NCBI GenBank assembly: GCA_963674965.2
Contig: CAXXFL010000005.1
Location: 448,001-512,000 of the forward strand
Origin: a bacterium
Lineage (GTDB): Bacteria; RBG-13-61-14; DATKZS01
Direction of reading: 5' to 3'
DNA: 64,000 nt
Shown here: piece by piece, positions 28,794 through 38,806 of the stretch
How the letters are laid out: each line of letters opens with the position of its first letter
Position numbering within the stretch: the first letter of the stretch is position 1
Made by a program: the position numbers and the translations under genes
The notes under the pieces: generated by a model
The model's input: the letters and a program-made list of their open reading frames with translations, nothing else
Databases searched by the model: none
Told to the model about the DNA's origin: nothing

Positions 28794-29555
28794 CTAGAGT
28801 CCCTCCACGTAGGCCTTCTTGATGACCTGGTCCTCGAGGGGCTTGTCGTTGGCGTCGGTCTCGACCTGGCCGATAAGCTCGGCCGCCTGCATGCCCTGCA
28901 CGATCTGTCCGAACACGGTGTACTTGTCGTCAAGGAAAGGCTGGGGAGCGAGGCAGATATAGAACTGGCTGCCGGCCGAGTCGGGGTCGCTTCCCCTGGC
29001 CATGGCCACCGTGCCCTGGAGGTGTTTTCTCGAGTTGAACTCGGCCTTGATGGTATAGCCCGGACCGCCCATGCCGTCGTTGGTGGGAGAGCCGCCCTGG
29101 ATCACGAACCCGGGCACCACGCGGTGGAAGATAAGGCCGTCGTAGAAATGACTCTGGGCCAGCACGATAAAATTACGGCACGTCTCGGGCGCGTCAATGG
29201 GATAGAACTTGAAACGGATGGAACCCTTGTCCGTCTCGATCACGGCCGTAAGCTCCTCCATCTTCTCGGCCGACAGGTCCGCCGCCCTGGTCCGCCACAG
29301 CTCGCGGAGTACCTCCTTGGCCCTCTGCACGTTGGCCCCCGCCGGGTAACTCGAGACGTAAGCCTCGTAGGCCTCGAGGGACCCGGTTTCCTCCGCCTCG
29401 TCCCAAATCTGGACCTCGGTCATACCCTCGTAGGACTTCACCTCCGGGGTCTTGCCGGGGGGACCGTCGGCGGGTTTTCCGCACATTTTCTCGCACCCGC
29501 AAAGGCCGGCCGTCGCGACAAGCGCGATAATGATGGACGCGAATTTGATTCTCAT
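28794..29555 (-). CDS. Cyclophilin-type PPIase, putative lipoprotein
   Basis: GLCGC signal; FHRVVPGFVIQGG, AMAR, SAGSQFYI, YTVFG. Confidence 0.9.
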   Translation of the reverse strand: MRIKFASIIIALVATAGLCGCEKMCGKPADGPPGKTPEVKSYEGMTEVQIWDEAEETGSLEAYEAYVSSYPAGANVQRAKEVLRELWRTRAADLSAEKMEELTAVIETDKGSIRFKFYPIDAPETCRNFIVLAQSHFYDGLIFHRVVPGFVIQGGSPTNDGMGGPGYTIKAEFNSRKHLQGTVAMARGSDPDSAGSQFYICLAPQPFLDDKYTVFGQIVQGMQAAELIGQVETDANDKPLEDQVIKKAYVEGL

Positions 29556-29635
29556 GAAAGCCCTCCTTTGGCTAACGGCCCCGCTCGTGTCGCCCGGGCA
29601 AGGCCGCCATTCTCCCGGGATATCCAATTTCCGTG

Positions 29636-30601
29636 TCAGTACTCCGCCAGGGAGTCTCCTTGCTCCAGGTCCTCGCCCACTTGGAAGAGCTCGGACTGGA
29701 TGGCCTTGCGCTCCTCGTAAGCTTCCCTGATTATCCGGTCCATGTCGATCCCCAGGACCCTGGTCTCGACTATGCGGATGGGAGAGAGGGGAAAGGTAGT
29801 GGGCCTTCCCTCACGCTCCTGGGTGGGGACCCTCGAGATTTTTTCCAGCGTTTCCAGGCCATCGGTAACTTCCCCGAACACGGTAAAGCGGCCGTCGAAC
29901 TCGGGGACGTCCCGCAAGCAGACGAAGAACTGGCTGCCCGCCGTGTCCGGGTCGATGGGAAGACGCCACATCGAGACCCTGCCCCGCAGGTGCTTGAGGT
30001 CGTTTGGTTCCATTTCAATCATGTAGCCGGGACCGCCCAGACCGTCGCCCATGGGGTCGCCCATCAGCACCATCGAGTCGGCCTGGACCCGGTTGACCAC
30101 CAGACCCTTGTAAAAGCCCGCGTAGGCCAGGGCGATAAGGTTCCGAGCGTGATTGGGAGCGGCCTCCGGATAAAAGGAAAATTTGAAGGAGCCAAGAGAG
30201 GTCTCGATCTCGACCCGGGCCGCGGCCAGTTGCTCGAGGCTAAGGTCCCCCGCGTGATTCCTGGCCTCGGAGAGCATGGTTTTTCTCGCCTTTTGCGCGT
30301 ACTGGCCTTTCGGGTATCTCTCGAGATAGGCCCACAGCTTGAAAACGTCACGGTACTGGAGGGCCTCGGTCGCCACGCTTTTTTCAAGGCCCGCCCTGGC
30401 CTCCTCGGCGTATTTTCCTTCCGGGTACTTGGAGAGATACCCGGCAAAGCTCTCCTCCGTGTTCAGCGATTTAGCCGCGTACCAGGCCCTGTCTTCATTT
30501 TTGTTCTTGCAGCCCGATGCAACCAGAAGCAGGCCAAGGCAAGCTAGCAACGTTGTAGCCGATAATTTCAAAAGATATCTCCTCCAGCGGTTATTTTCCA
30601 A
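29636..30601 (-). CDS. Second cyclophilin-like lipoprotein with divergent active site
   Basis: VASGC lipobox; APNH, AGSQFFV, FTVFG; NRVQADSMVLMG replaces HRxxxxFxxQGG. Confidence 0.8.
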   Translation of the reverse strand: MENNRWRRYLLKLSATTLLACLGLLLVASGCKNKNEDRAWYAAKSLNTEESFAGYLSKYPEGKYAEEARAGLEKSVATEALQYRDVFKLWAYLERYPKGQYAQKARKTMLSEARNHAGDLSLEQLAAARVEIETSLGSFKFSFYPEAAPNHARNLIALAYAGFYKGLVVNRVQADSMVLMGDPMGDGLGGPGYMIEMEPNDLKHLRGRVSMWRLPIDPDTAGSQFFVCLRDVPEFDGRFTVFGEVTDGLETLEKISRVPTQEREGRPTTFPLSPIRIVETRVLGIDMDRIIREAYEERKAIQSELFQVGEDLEQGDSLAEY

Positions 30602-30673
30602 TGGCCTTTACCGTGAGTCAAACCGCCGGTCCCTCAATCGAGCGGCCGCCGGGAGGGCCGGGGGAGCGGCGAG

Positions 30674-32788
30674 CTATTTTTTCCGGAAGAGATACGCGCC
30701 CAGGTAAAGGGCCGCCGCCAGAACGTACATGGCCTTGAAGCCGGCCACGAGTGACGAGTATTCGAGCAGGCCGCCCACCACGGCGCCGAGGATATTGGAA
30801 CCGAGGGCGAGCGCCACGTCGGGGCCGTCCTTGATCGAGGAGGAAAAGACGATCCCGGAGAACGCCACCGGCAAGGCCACCAGGGCGGAGCCCAAAGCGG
30901 CGGCGGCGACGGGGTTTCCCAGCAGCAGCTTGTGAACGGGCACGATAAAGGCGATGAATAAAGCTGCCCCTAAAGCGACGTAGGCCCAGGTGGGGTTTTT
31001 AATCGAGACCTTGGCCACCAGCAGGTTGGCCAGCATGGCCATGATCAGGAAGGCCGAGATAACTCCGGCGTTGACCATCCAGGTCGATCCGAACAGAAGC
31101 GATATCTCGGTAATGGACTTGGTTTCCAGGAGCAGGAACCCCGCGCCGAGCAGGCAAAAGTGGGGGTTGATCCGGCTGAACCGAGGTATCGTCCGCCTGG
31201 TGAACAAATAGGAGATGACCAGGATCGCGGCGAGGGTAATGGCGTAGCCCGGGCTGATGGTCCTTTTTTCCAGGTACAAGAAGGGCCAGTTGTCCGACGG
31301 CAGGTCCTCGGGAGGATGGGCGAGATAATCTTGCGTTACCTCCTTGAAGCGGGGCTTGGGCTGAAAAGTATATTTTTTAAGACCGGGACCGGCGGCGATG
31401 ACGTCGAAGTCGTGTCCGAATTGGCCGCCGTCCCACATCCAGGCCCGGGTGGAGTCCGGGAAGATGGAATGGACCAGGTAAAACAGGCGCCTTCCCACGA
31501 AGTCGCGGGAGGAGGCGAACATGACCACCATCACCCCGTCCGGCGACAAGAGTCGGGCCGCCTCCTCGAAGCTCTCCCGCGTGTAAACGAAGGTGTCCAG
31601 CCTGATGCTTGAGTGGGCGGATAAAAGAGTATGAGAATCCAGGAAGGCGTAGACGATCGAGTCGTAGGGTCCCTCGGCCCTTTTCAGGAAGCGCCTGGCG
31701 TCGGTCACGTGCAGGGCGACCCGCGGGCTGGAATAGGGACGCTCGGGGTGGCGCTCGCGGCCCAGGCCGGCGATGGCCGGGTCTATCTCGACCGCGTCGA
31801 TGGGGTCATTGCCCGCCCGGACGGCGGCGGCCACGTCGTTGCCCAGGCCCGCGCCCAGGATAAGGGTCCGGCCCGGCGGATGCATTTGATAGGGAAAGTT
31901 GACGTAGTCCGCGATGCCTCCGATCAGGTCGCCGCCGAATTTCAGGTCGCGAGAGGAATCGGACACGACCCTCGGGTCCAGGTTGACGGCGAACTGGAAA
32001 TAGTCGTCGTTGACCGAGAGATAGAGAAAGCCCAGGGACTTGGACCACTCCGGGTCGAACTTGAGCTTCTCGAGGAATTTTTCTCCCGTGGCCAGGCTAA
32101 TCTTGTAATAGGGCGACCAGATGGCTCCCCGCGTGGGAAAGACGGTCGCGATAACCGCGGCCGCCCAGAGAAGCGAATATATTAAAACGCGCCTTTTGTC
32201 CAGCCCTTCCAGGAGCATCCAGAAAAGGTAGACGGCCCCGGCCGCCCCGAACCATAGCAGGGGCGAGGCGCCCATGACGCTCATTGCGGTAATGGCCAGC
32301 ACCCCGGCGATGCTCCCGCCCAGGTTGATCGAGTAGCCGGGAAGGGGACGGAATCTGGAAAGGGCCGAGCCCAGCCGGCGTCCGAGAGGAATGAAGGTCC
32401 ACACGTTCAGGACGAAGACTATCTCCGGGACGATCATCGAGGGAAAAAGACCGGACACGTTCAGCCATACCCTCTCCCCCCAGAAAGAGGGGAGGGGAAA
32501 CAGCCCGACGTAATGAATCAGGGAGTAAAGGGAAAGTGAAATAAAAAGCCGGAAGGAAAGGGAGCGCGTCAAGGACTGGGCGGACGAGTCGTCCGGCTCC
32601 GCGGCGCACCCGAGTCCGAGTCCCAGGAAGGATGAAATGAGCACCAGGTTGGTATAGTATCCGATGACCTTCAAACATCCCGGTACCCATCGGATCAGGG
32701 CCAGCTCGAGGAAGAGGGCCAGAAAGGACACCAGGGCCAGGGAGGCCGCTTCCTTTGCCCCGGTCCCGGTCTTACCCGGCGAGGTCAT
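30674..32788 (-). CDS. Membrane protein with spermidine-synthase-like SAM-binding domain
   Basis: N- and C-terminal TM blocks; WSPYYKI, LILGAGLGND, AVEIDP, DARRF, DNWPFLY. Confidence 0.75.
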   Translation of the reverse strand: MTSPGKTGTGAKEAASLALVSFLALFLELALIRWVPGCLKVIGYYTNLVLISSFLGLGLGCAAEPDDSSAQSLTRSLSFRLFISLSLYSLIHYVGLFPLPSFWGERVWLNVSGLFPSMIVPEIVFVLNVWTFIPLGRRLGSALSRFRPLPGYSINLGGSIAGVLAITAMSVMGASPLLWFGAAGAVYLFWMLLEGLDKRRVLIYSLLWAAAVIATVFPTRGAIWSPYYKISLATGEKFLEKLKFDPEWSKSLGFLYLSVNDDYFQFAVNLDPRVVSDSSRDLKFGGDLIGGIADYVNFPYQMHPPGRTLILGAGLGNDVAAAVRAGNDPIDAVEIDPAIAGLGRERHPERPYSSPRVALHVTDARRFLKRAEGPYDSIVYAFLDSHTLLSAHSSIRLDTFVYTRESFEEAARLLSPDGVMVVMFASSRDFVGRRLFYLVHSIFPDSTRAWMWDGGQFGHDFDVIAAGPGLKKYTFQPKPRFKEVTQDYLAHPPEDLPSDNWPFLYLEKRTISPGYAITLAAILVISYLFTRRTIPRFSRINPHFCLLGAGFLLLETKSITEISLLFGSTWMVNAGVISAFLIMAMLANLLVAKVSIKNPTWAYVALGAALFIAFIVPVHKLLLGNPVAAAALGSALVALPVAFSGIVFSSSIKDGPDVALALGSNILGAVVGGLLEYSSLVAGFKAMYVLAAALYLGAYLFRKK

Positions 32789-32832
32789 GTATTCCTTTCG
32801 CTTCGATCATGTGGCGGCCGATTCCCTCGCGG

Positions 32833-33837
32833 TCAGTATCCGGCGCAAAGGCCCTTTTTGAGCACCTTGTACCCGGGGCCGTCGGGGGTGAGGTAGACGT
32901 AGCAAACGCCGGCCCCGTCTCCGGACACGCCCAGTATCTCGCCCTTGCCGTCCTCGTCCAGGTCGTAAACGGCCAGGGCCTTGAAAGGCAGGGGCGCGAC
33001 GGCCTTCGAGTAGCTCTCGCCCACCTTTTTAAAGGTGCAGGTAAAGAGCTTGACGTCGTCTATCTCGTATTCCTCGGAGGGACGCTCCCAAAAGGAAACG
33101 AAATAGACCATGTCGCCGTCCTTTTCCACGACCGCGGGAAGGACGGCCGCGTCCGAGTAGTCGGGCTCGGCCACGGTGTGTCCCTTTGCCAGGCCGTTGG
33201 CGCAGGAGTTGAAAAGGTTGTTCCAAAGCGCGTCATCGTCGCTCAGCGGTTCCTGGGCCTTTATCGGTCCCTCGGCGATGACGTGCTCGCCGGCCAGGGC
33301 CACGCCGTGGCGGGTGAACAGCGACGGGTCCACGTCCTTGTCGTCAAGCTTCAAGTCGGCGGCCATCTGGATCGTGGAGGGCGAGTTGCCCACGTAGGAG
33401 AAGCCCACCACGCTGGCCAGGTAGGCCTTGCCCGAGGCCGAGACCACGGTAAAGCGGTCGCCGATATTGAGGCCGCTCTTCTCCACGGCCCGGGCCCGTT
33501 GTTCCTTGTCCGTGACGATCACCCGCTTTTGGAACTCGATCAGGGGCTCGCTCGAGTCGAGGGTATTGACGAAGCCGTAAGGGTACTTGACGTCGGAGTA
33601 ATGGACGTCGAGCCCGATATATAGCTCGTTTTTCACCGGCGGGTCGAGAAACGTGTAAGGCTCGGTAAAGTAAAGCGTTTCGCCGGCCAGTTTCCTTTTG
33701 GGCGTCTCCGGCTCGGGAGCGGAGGTGACCGCCTCGGGCTCTTCCTTTTTCTTGCCCCAGTTAAACTGGGCCCAGGCCGAGCCGGAAACCATTATCATCG
33801 CCAATATTATGGACGCGAGCTTTACGAAATATTTCAT
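32833..33837 (-). CDS. Secreted hypothetical protein
   Basis: Signal peptide ending AWA; single DLDEDGKGEI motif; typical codon usage. Confidence 0.7.
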   Translation of the reverse strand: MKYFVKLASIILAMIMVSGSAWAQFNWGKKKEEPEAVTSAPEPETPKRKLAGETLYFTEPYTFLDPPVKNELYIGLDVHYSDVKYPYGFVNTLDSSEPLIEFQKRVIVTDKEQRARAVEKSGLNIGDRFTVVSASGKAYLASVVGFSYVGNSPSTIQMAADLKLDDKDVDPSLFTRHGVALAGEHVIAEGPIKAQEPLSDDDALWNNLFNSCANGLAKGHTVAEPDYSDAAVLPAVVEKDGDMVYFVSFWERPSEEYEIDDVKLFTCTFKKVGESYSKAVAPLPFKALAVYDLDEDGKGEILGVSGDGAGVCYVYLTPDGPGYKVLKKGLCAGY

Positions 33838-34014
33838 TTATTTCCCCTTGGTCTTTTATAAAGCCGGGCCGTGGGCCGTATCGCGCCATGCCCATCTACC
33901 GATTGTATCTTGGGCATGGGCAAGTTTCAATCCTGCAAAAAGATTTCGGAGAAAGTTTATGCTGGCGTACCCGGCGTTTTCGGTTATACTCGATTATAGA
34001 TCGGAGGCAAGATA

Positions 34015-34386
34015 GTGGAACGAAGACAGTTCGCCAGGATTCCCGTAAGCATGCATCTTCGGTTTAAAAGTCTCGAGGCCGTCGAGAAGTACATCGGCGG
34101 CCAGGCCAACGACGTGAGTCAGGGCGGCATCTTTATCTTGACGCCCAACGTTCGGCCGGTGGGCACCAGGGTCGAGATGGAGATATCCGACTCGGGCGGC
34201 CGCGAGGTCAAGCTTACGGGTGAAGTCAGGTCCATACGGTACAGCGCGGGCAAACCCTCGGGCATGGGCATCGAGTTCACCGGCCTCGGACGCGAGGCCC
34301 AAAAGCTCGTCCAGGAGCTCGTGGACTTCCACCGCCGACAAAACCCCGTCCCCAACCGGGCGGCCCCCAAAGCCCTTACCAAGTAG
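34015..34386 (+). CDS. PilZ-domain protein
   Basis: RQFAR (RxxxR), DVSQGG (DxSxxG), GMGIEF. Confidence 0.85.
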   Translation: MERRQFARIPVSMHLRFKSLEAVEKYIGGQANDVSQGGIFILTPNVRPVGTRVEMEISDSGGREVKLTGEVRSIRYSAGKPSGMGIEFTGLGREAQKLVQELVDFHRRQNPVPNRAAPKALTK

Positions 34387-34924
34387 AAGAAGCGCGCGCC
34401 CAGGCGGAAAAAAATTCCTGAAGATATCGCCATTATAAAAGGCGTCAATGATTGAATCGGACCCTTGAAGTACCATCATCGCCTACAAGTCTTTCCGGTA
34501 GAAAACGCGGACATCCAGCCGCCATCTCCACCCGGAATTGGATGCTGGAGCGTTATCAGCTTTTGGGCCGTCAAGGTAGAATATCAAAAGCTTGGCACGG
34601 AATTTGTCTTATCTTCCATTCTCCTCCATATTTATCCAAATAATCCAGTAGGGGCAAAGACTTACAAAAAGCGCTACGAACCCTATAGGGTATCTATTCA
34701 CAATACTTTAACAATTTTTTACTTGACAAAATAACTTATTCGTACTACTGATATCATTCAATTTCATATCGGCGCGGGCTTAACCTATTTTAAATATTCA
34801 ACCGCGCCGGGAAAGGAGGTGTGGACCCGACAAGTACCATGGATTAAAACCTAAGTGACCTTGTATCGAACAATGCTCAAAGTAACGACTCGAAAGACAT
34901 TTAACGTCAGAAAAGGAGAAAGAA

Positions 34925-36370
34925 ATGAAAAAGGCAAACGCATGGTTTATCGGATTAATTCTCACCCTCATTCTTGCCGCCTCACCCGCCTTCGGGGCCA
35001 ACGTATTCGTCAGAGATGGCTCGACCTGTGTAACCAGTTGCGGAGCAAACTGGACTTCAGCTTATCCTACCGTCCAACAAGGTATCAGCGCCGCCACCAG
35101 CAACGACGTGGTCTGCGTTTTCAAAGGAGAATACTCCTATTACGACGACGAAAACAGCATGATTACAATGAAAGCTTACGTGGACGTCATCGGCGGGTTC
35201 TCCACCAATGACGACACCGGATGCGATATGGCCGACGACAGGCCAGGAGGAGAAACGGGCCACGTCCCGACGTTAAGCGTTCTGAATGGTGAGTATCAGG
35301 TTGGCGCCACCGTGTACAACGTGGACCACGTGGTCGTGGGAAACCAGTTTTCCGAGATAAACGGATTTCTTATCAAGAACGGAAAAGCCGACACTACGGG
35401 CTATGAGGACGGCGGCGGGCTTTACGTGAATTTGTCTGTAGGGCAGTCCTTCACGGTCAAGAACTGTATTTTCCAGGATAATGAAGCAAATGGCAGCGGC
35501 GGCGGCATGTATGTTGGATCATACACTAACGTCACTATCCAGAGAGTTATATTCCTTCGAAATAAAGCTTATGAAGAGACTGACGGACAAGGCGGCGGTG
35601 GACTTTTCGTTTATTATGGCAAAGCGGATATTGATGATTGCTCCTTTATAAAAAATTATGCGGTTGACAGCGGAGGAGGCGCGGGCCTTAGACTAACATA
35701 TGATACGAGCACCTTAGACAACGTGTCTTTTCTCGGAAATGAGTCGGATTGGGTGGCTGGTGGACTGCATCTTCTGCATGGTGAGACCGTCTACGTTACC
35801 AACGCGGAGTTCCGCGGCAATATCTCCGCTGAATGGGGTGGGGGAATGAGCGTTGACGGGTCCGGAGCGGAAGTATACAACGCTTTATTCATGAATAACT
35901 ACAGCGGGGCTTACGCAGGGGGCGTGGAAAGTTGGGGCTGGGACGCGGATCTAACCTTGTCATACTGTACTTTTATGGGTAACGAGGCCGCGAGTCAAGG
36001 AGGTGCAGTAGACACGGGATTAGACTCCGTCACTACAATCGAGAAAAGCATCATCTGGGACAATGTCGCTCCTACCGGCCCTTCGGTCTACCAGTGCACC
36101 GACGGAAGCGGCTGTTCCGTGACCCTTAATTACACCGATATCGAGGGCGGCTGGGCCGGCAGCGGCGGCAACAACCTGGACGCCCATCCCCGCTTCGACT
36201 TGACCAGTGAACTGGGCAGGGTTTACCTCAGCAACGCGAGCGACAGCCCCTGCATAGACGCCAGCAGCGAAACGGCCGCGGCGGCCGGCCTCGACTCCCG
36301 CACGACCCGGAAGGACCATACCACCGACTCGGGAACGGCGGACCTTGGCTATCACTACTATGCCAACTAA
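34925..36370 (+). CDS. Secreted right-handed beta-helix protein (GGA/FxxN repeats)
   Basis: Signal peptide; repeated F..N.A...GGG; C-terminal SPCIDA...DLGYHY. Confidence 0.75.
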   Translation: MKKANAWFIGLILTLILAASPAFGANVFVRDGSTCVTSCGANWTSAYPTVQQGISAATSNDVVCVFKGEYSYYDDENSMITMKAYVDVIGGFSTNDDTGCDMADDRPGGETGHVPTLSVLNGEYQVGATVYNVDHVVVGNQFSEINGFLIKNGKADTTGYEDGGGLYVNLSVGQSFTVKNCIFQDNEANGSGGGMYVGSYTNVTIQRVIFLRNKAYEETDGQGGGGLFVYYGKADIDDCSFIKNYAVDSGGGAGLRLTYDTSTLDNVSFLGNESDWVAGGLHLLHGETVYVTNAEFRGNISAEWGGGMSVDGSGAEVYNALFMNNYSGAYAGGVESWGWDADLTLSYCTFMGNEAASQGGAVDTGLDSVTTIEKSIIWDNVAPTGPSVYQCTDGSGCSVTLNYTDIEGGWAGSGGNNLDAHPRFDLTSELGRVYLSNASDSPCIDASSETAAAAGLDSRTTRKDHTTDSGTADLGYHYYAN

Positions 36371-36390
36371 CGGAATCTCTTAGCGTATCC

Positions 36391-36422
36391 GGGCCCGCCT
36401 CTTTCCATGGAGGCGGGCCTTT
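36391..36422 (+). terminator. Terminator
   Basis: GGCCCGCCTC...GAGGCGGGCC followed by TTT. Confidence 0.6.
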
Positions 36423-36514
36423 GCTCGATTGGCCGCGGATATGGAAGCCCTGAAAATCTCGCCGCGCCCGGCTGGTTGATAAGCGATAAGAAAATCCTTT
36501 ATCATGTACTTCTT

Positions 36515-36701
36515 GAGTTTCTTGCAAAAGTGCTTATTCCTGGCGGCGTAGCCGCTTTGGAGCGCGGTCGCTTGAGACCGCTTTCGATGGCCTTGGCTTG
36601 ACAAGGCCTAAAAATACAACGGCTAGCCTCGCGTCAAGCCGCTCGGAAGAAAAGCGGCGTCGAGCCGCCGCACTCCAAAGCGGGACTTTTGCAAGAGGCT
36701 C
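36515..36701. mobile_element. MITE copy 1 (187 bp)
   Basis: TIRs GAGTTTCTTGCAAAAGT / ACTTTTGCAAGAGGCTC; TCTT duplicated at both flanks. Confidence 0.85.
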
Positions 36702-36705
36702 TCTT

Positions 36706-37380
36706 ATGAAACTTGTCCTTTTCGACGTTGACGGCACGCTGGTGAATTCTCACCGGTTCGACGCGGATTGCTACGTCCGGGCGGTGGAGGATGTCCTGGG
36801 CGTAAAAGACGTTGACGACGACTGGTCCCATTACAAGCACGTGACCGATCAGGGGGTCCTGGCCGAGATATATCGGGAGAACTTCGGCCGGGAGATCGGC
36901 GGCGAGACGGTCGAGCGCTTCAAGGCGGAGTTCATGTCCACCATGAGGCGAAGACTCGAGGAGGCGGGCGAGGGCCTCGAGCCGGTCCCCGGCGCGATCG
37001 AGGCCTTTGGCGCCGCGCGCTCGGACAAGGACCTGGCCGCCGCCGTCACCACCGGATGCTGGCGCGTCTCGGCCCTGTTCAAGCTCGCGAGCGCCGGATT
37101 CGAGATCGGGAACGTCCCCGTCTTCAGCTCCGACGACGCCGTTTCCAGGGAGGGCATTATGCGCAAGGCCCTGGCCGACGCGACCCGGGAGGAGACCTCC
37201 CCTGACAAGGTCGTCTATATTGGCGACGGCGTCTGGGACCTTGCGGCCTCGCGCCGAATGGGGTTTGACTTCATCGCCATCGGCGAGGGATGGAAAGAAC
37301 TCGAAGCCCGGGGCGCGGCCAAAGCCTTCCCCGACTTCACCGGCCTCGAGGCGTTTTTGAAAGCTCTCCGCGCGCCGTAA
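36706..37380 (+). CDS. HAD-superfamily hydrolase
   Basis: LFDVDGTL, VTTG, YIGDGVWD. Confidence 0.88.
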   Translation: MKLVLFDVDGTLVNSHRFDADCYVRAVEDVLGVKDVDDDWSHYKHVTDQGVLAEIYRENFGREIGGETVERFKAEFMSTMRRRLEEAGEGLEPVPGAIEAFGAARSDKDLAAAVTTGCWRVSALFKLASAGFEIGNVPVFSSDDAVSREGIMRKALADATREETSPDKVVYIGDGVWDLAASRRMGFDFIAIGEGWKELEARGAAKAFPDFTGLEAFLKALRAP

Positions 37381-37506
37381 ATATCTTACTCCCCCCTCAC
37401 GCGGCGCGGGAGAGGCAATACTCTCCAAGGTGGACGAGACGCGGCGCATTTGGAAGGGTTTTTCCGGCGGGTTGATCGCTCCCCCTATGATGATTATGAT
37501 TTAAGC

Positions 37507-38688
37507 ATGGGACAAGGAAGGATAGAAGGGCTGGAGAGCGCCCGGCCGCCGAGTTTCGAGCAGGGCCCGATCCGGCCTCCGTCGGAGGCGAGGTCGCTTC
37601 TTGTCCGGGTGACGAGGAACTGCCCGTGGAACAAGTGCGAGTTCTGCCCGGTTTATAAGGGTACCAGGTTCTCGAAGCGGACGGTGGACGAGGTCAAGTC
37701 CGACATACGGGCCATGGCCTGGTGGCGGGAGAAGGCGGTCGAGGAGTCCTGGCGCCTGGGGTTTGGAGGAAGGCTGGACGGCCGCTCGATCCAGGCCGTT
37801 TACCGGCGGGGCCACGGAAGCCCGGAGATGACCTCCGTCCTCACGTGGATGACCGGCGGCGGGAAGACGGCCTTTTTGCAGGACGCGGACAACCTCATCC
37901 ATAAGACCGGCGACCTGGCCGAGATACTGACCTTCCTCCGGCGAACCTTCCCCGAGATCGAAAGGGTCACCACTTACTCGCGCTCCCGCACAATAAACAA
38001 AAAGTCGGCCGGAGAGCTGAAGGCGCTGAAGGACGCGGGCCTGGACCGGGTCCACGTCGGCCTCGAGAGCGGCTCCGACTCGGTGCTCGAGAAGATACGG
38101 AAAGGGGCCACGGGCCGGATTCACGTCGAGGCGGGATTGAAGGTCAAGGAGGCCGGGCTCGAGCTTTCCGAGTATCTCATGCCCGGCCTGGGCGGCAAGT
38201 CCCTGTCCGAGGAACACGCCCTCGAGTCGGCGCGGGTCCTGAGCGAGATCGACCCTCATTTCATCCGGCTCAGGTCGCTTGGGCTGAGGCAGGGCATCCC
38301 GCTTTTCGACGTCTGGCAAAGGGGGGAGTTCGACCCCATTAACGACGAGGAAATCGCCGCCGAGATAAGGCTCTTCGTCGAGAGGCTCGAGGGCATAAGC
38401 TCGTATATGGCGAGCGACCATATCCTTAACCTGCTTCCCGAGGTGGAGGGAAGGTTCCCGGAAGAAAAGGGGGCCATCCTCGACTTGATCGATCGCTTCC
38501 TTGGCCTTCCCGCGGAGGAGAGGATGATCTACGTGGTGGGCCGGCGCTTCGGGATACTGGGGGGGCTGGACGACCTTGACGACCCGTCCCAGCGCCGGGC
38601 GGCCCAGGCCGCCCTTGCCCGGGTCAGGGAGCACGGCGGCCCGGACGTTCACGAGACCATCCGCCAGATAGTTTCCCAGTTCATATAG
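37507..38688 (+). CDS. Radical SAM protein
   Basis: GPIRPPSE; CPWNKCEFC (CX3CX2C); GLESG; SDH..N. Confidence 0.88.
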   Translation: MGQGRIEGLESARPPSFEQGPIRPPSEARSLLVRVTRNCPWNKCEFCPVYKGTRFSKRTVDEVKSDIRAMAWWREKAVEESWRLGFGGRLDGRSIQAVYRRGHGSPEMTSVLTWMTGGGKTAFLQDADNLIHKTGDLAEILTFLRRTFPEIERVTTYSRSRTINKKSAGELKALKDAGLDRVHVGLESGSDSVLEKIRKGATGRIHVEAGLKVKEAGLELSEYLMPGLGGKSLSEEHALESARVLSEIDPHFIRLRSLGLRQGIPLFDVWQRGEFDPINDEEIAAEIRLFVERLEGISSYMASDHILNLLPEVEGRFPEEKGAILDLIDRFLGLPAEERMIYVVGRRFGILGGLDDLDDPSQRRAAQAALARVREHGGPDVHETIRQIVSQFI

Positions 38689-38806
38689 GGAAAATTTTCC
38701 CGGTCCGGGAACATTTCTTTTATTGCAAAAATCATAAAATTAATATAAGATGTATTCAATAATGCTTAATTTAGATACAATTATCTTTAACAAGAAAGGG
38801 GAGGCC

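Noticed and set aside
34582-34607. sigma54-like TGGCAC-N5-TTGT overlapping an IHF-like match
   Set aside because: Lacks the conserved -12 GC and is ~320 nt from the ATG; cannot be supported
34811-34850. Strong SD-like GAAAGGAGGTG
   Set aside because: No properly spaced start codon or meaningful ORF, and no RNA motif recognised
36534-36737. Recurrent short ORFs containing PLWSAAARRRFSSERL (also near 43887, 48605, 61047) and the N-terminal extension of ORF 36598
   Set aside because: They are translations of the MITE; the HAD gene starts at 36706
37507-38688. Radical SAM protein as sulfatase maturase
   Set aside because: No Cys-rich SPASM domain, and it is 30 kb from the sulfatase
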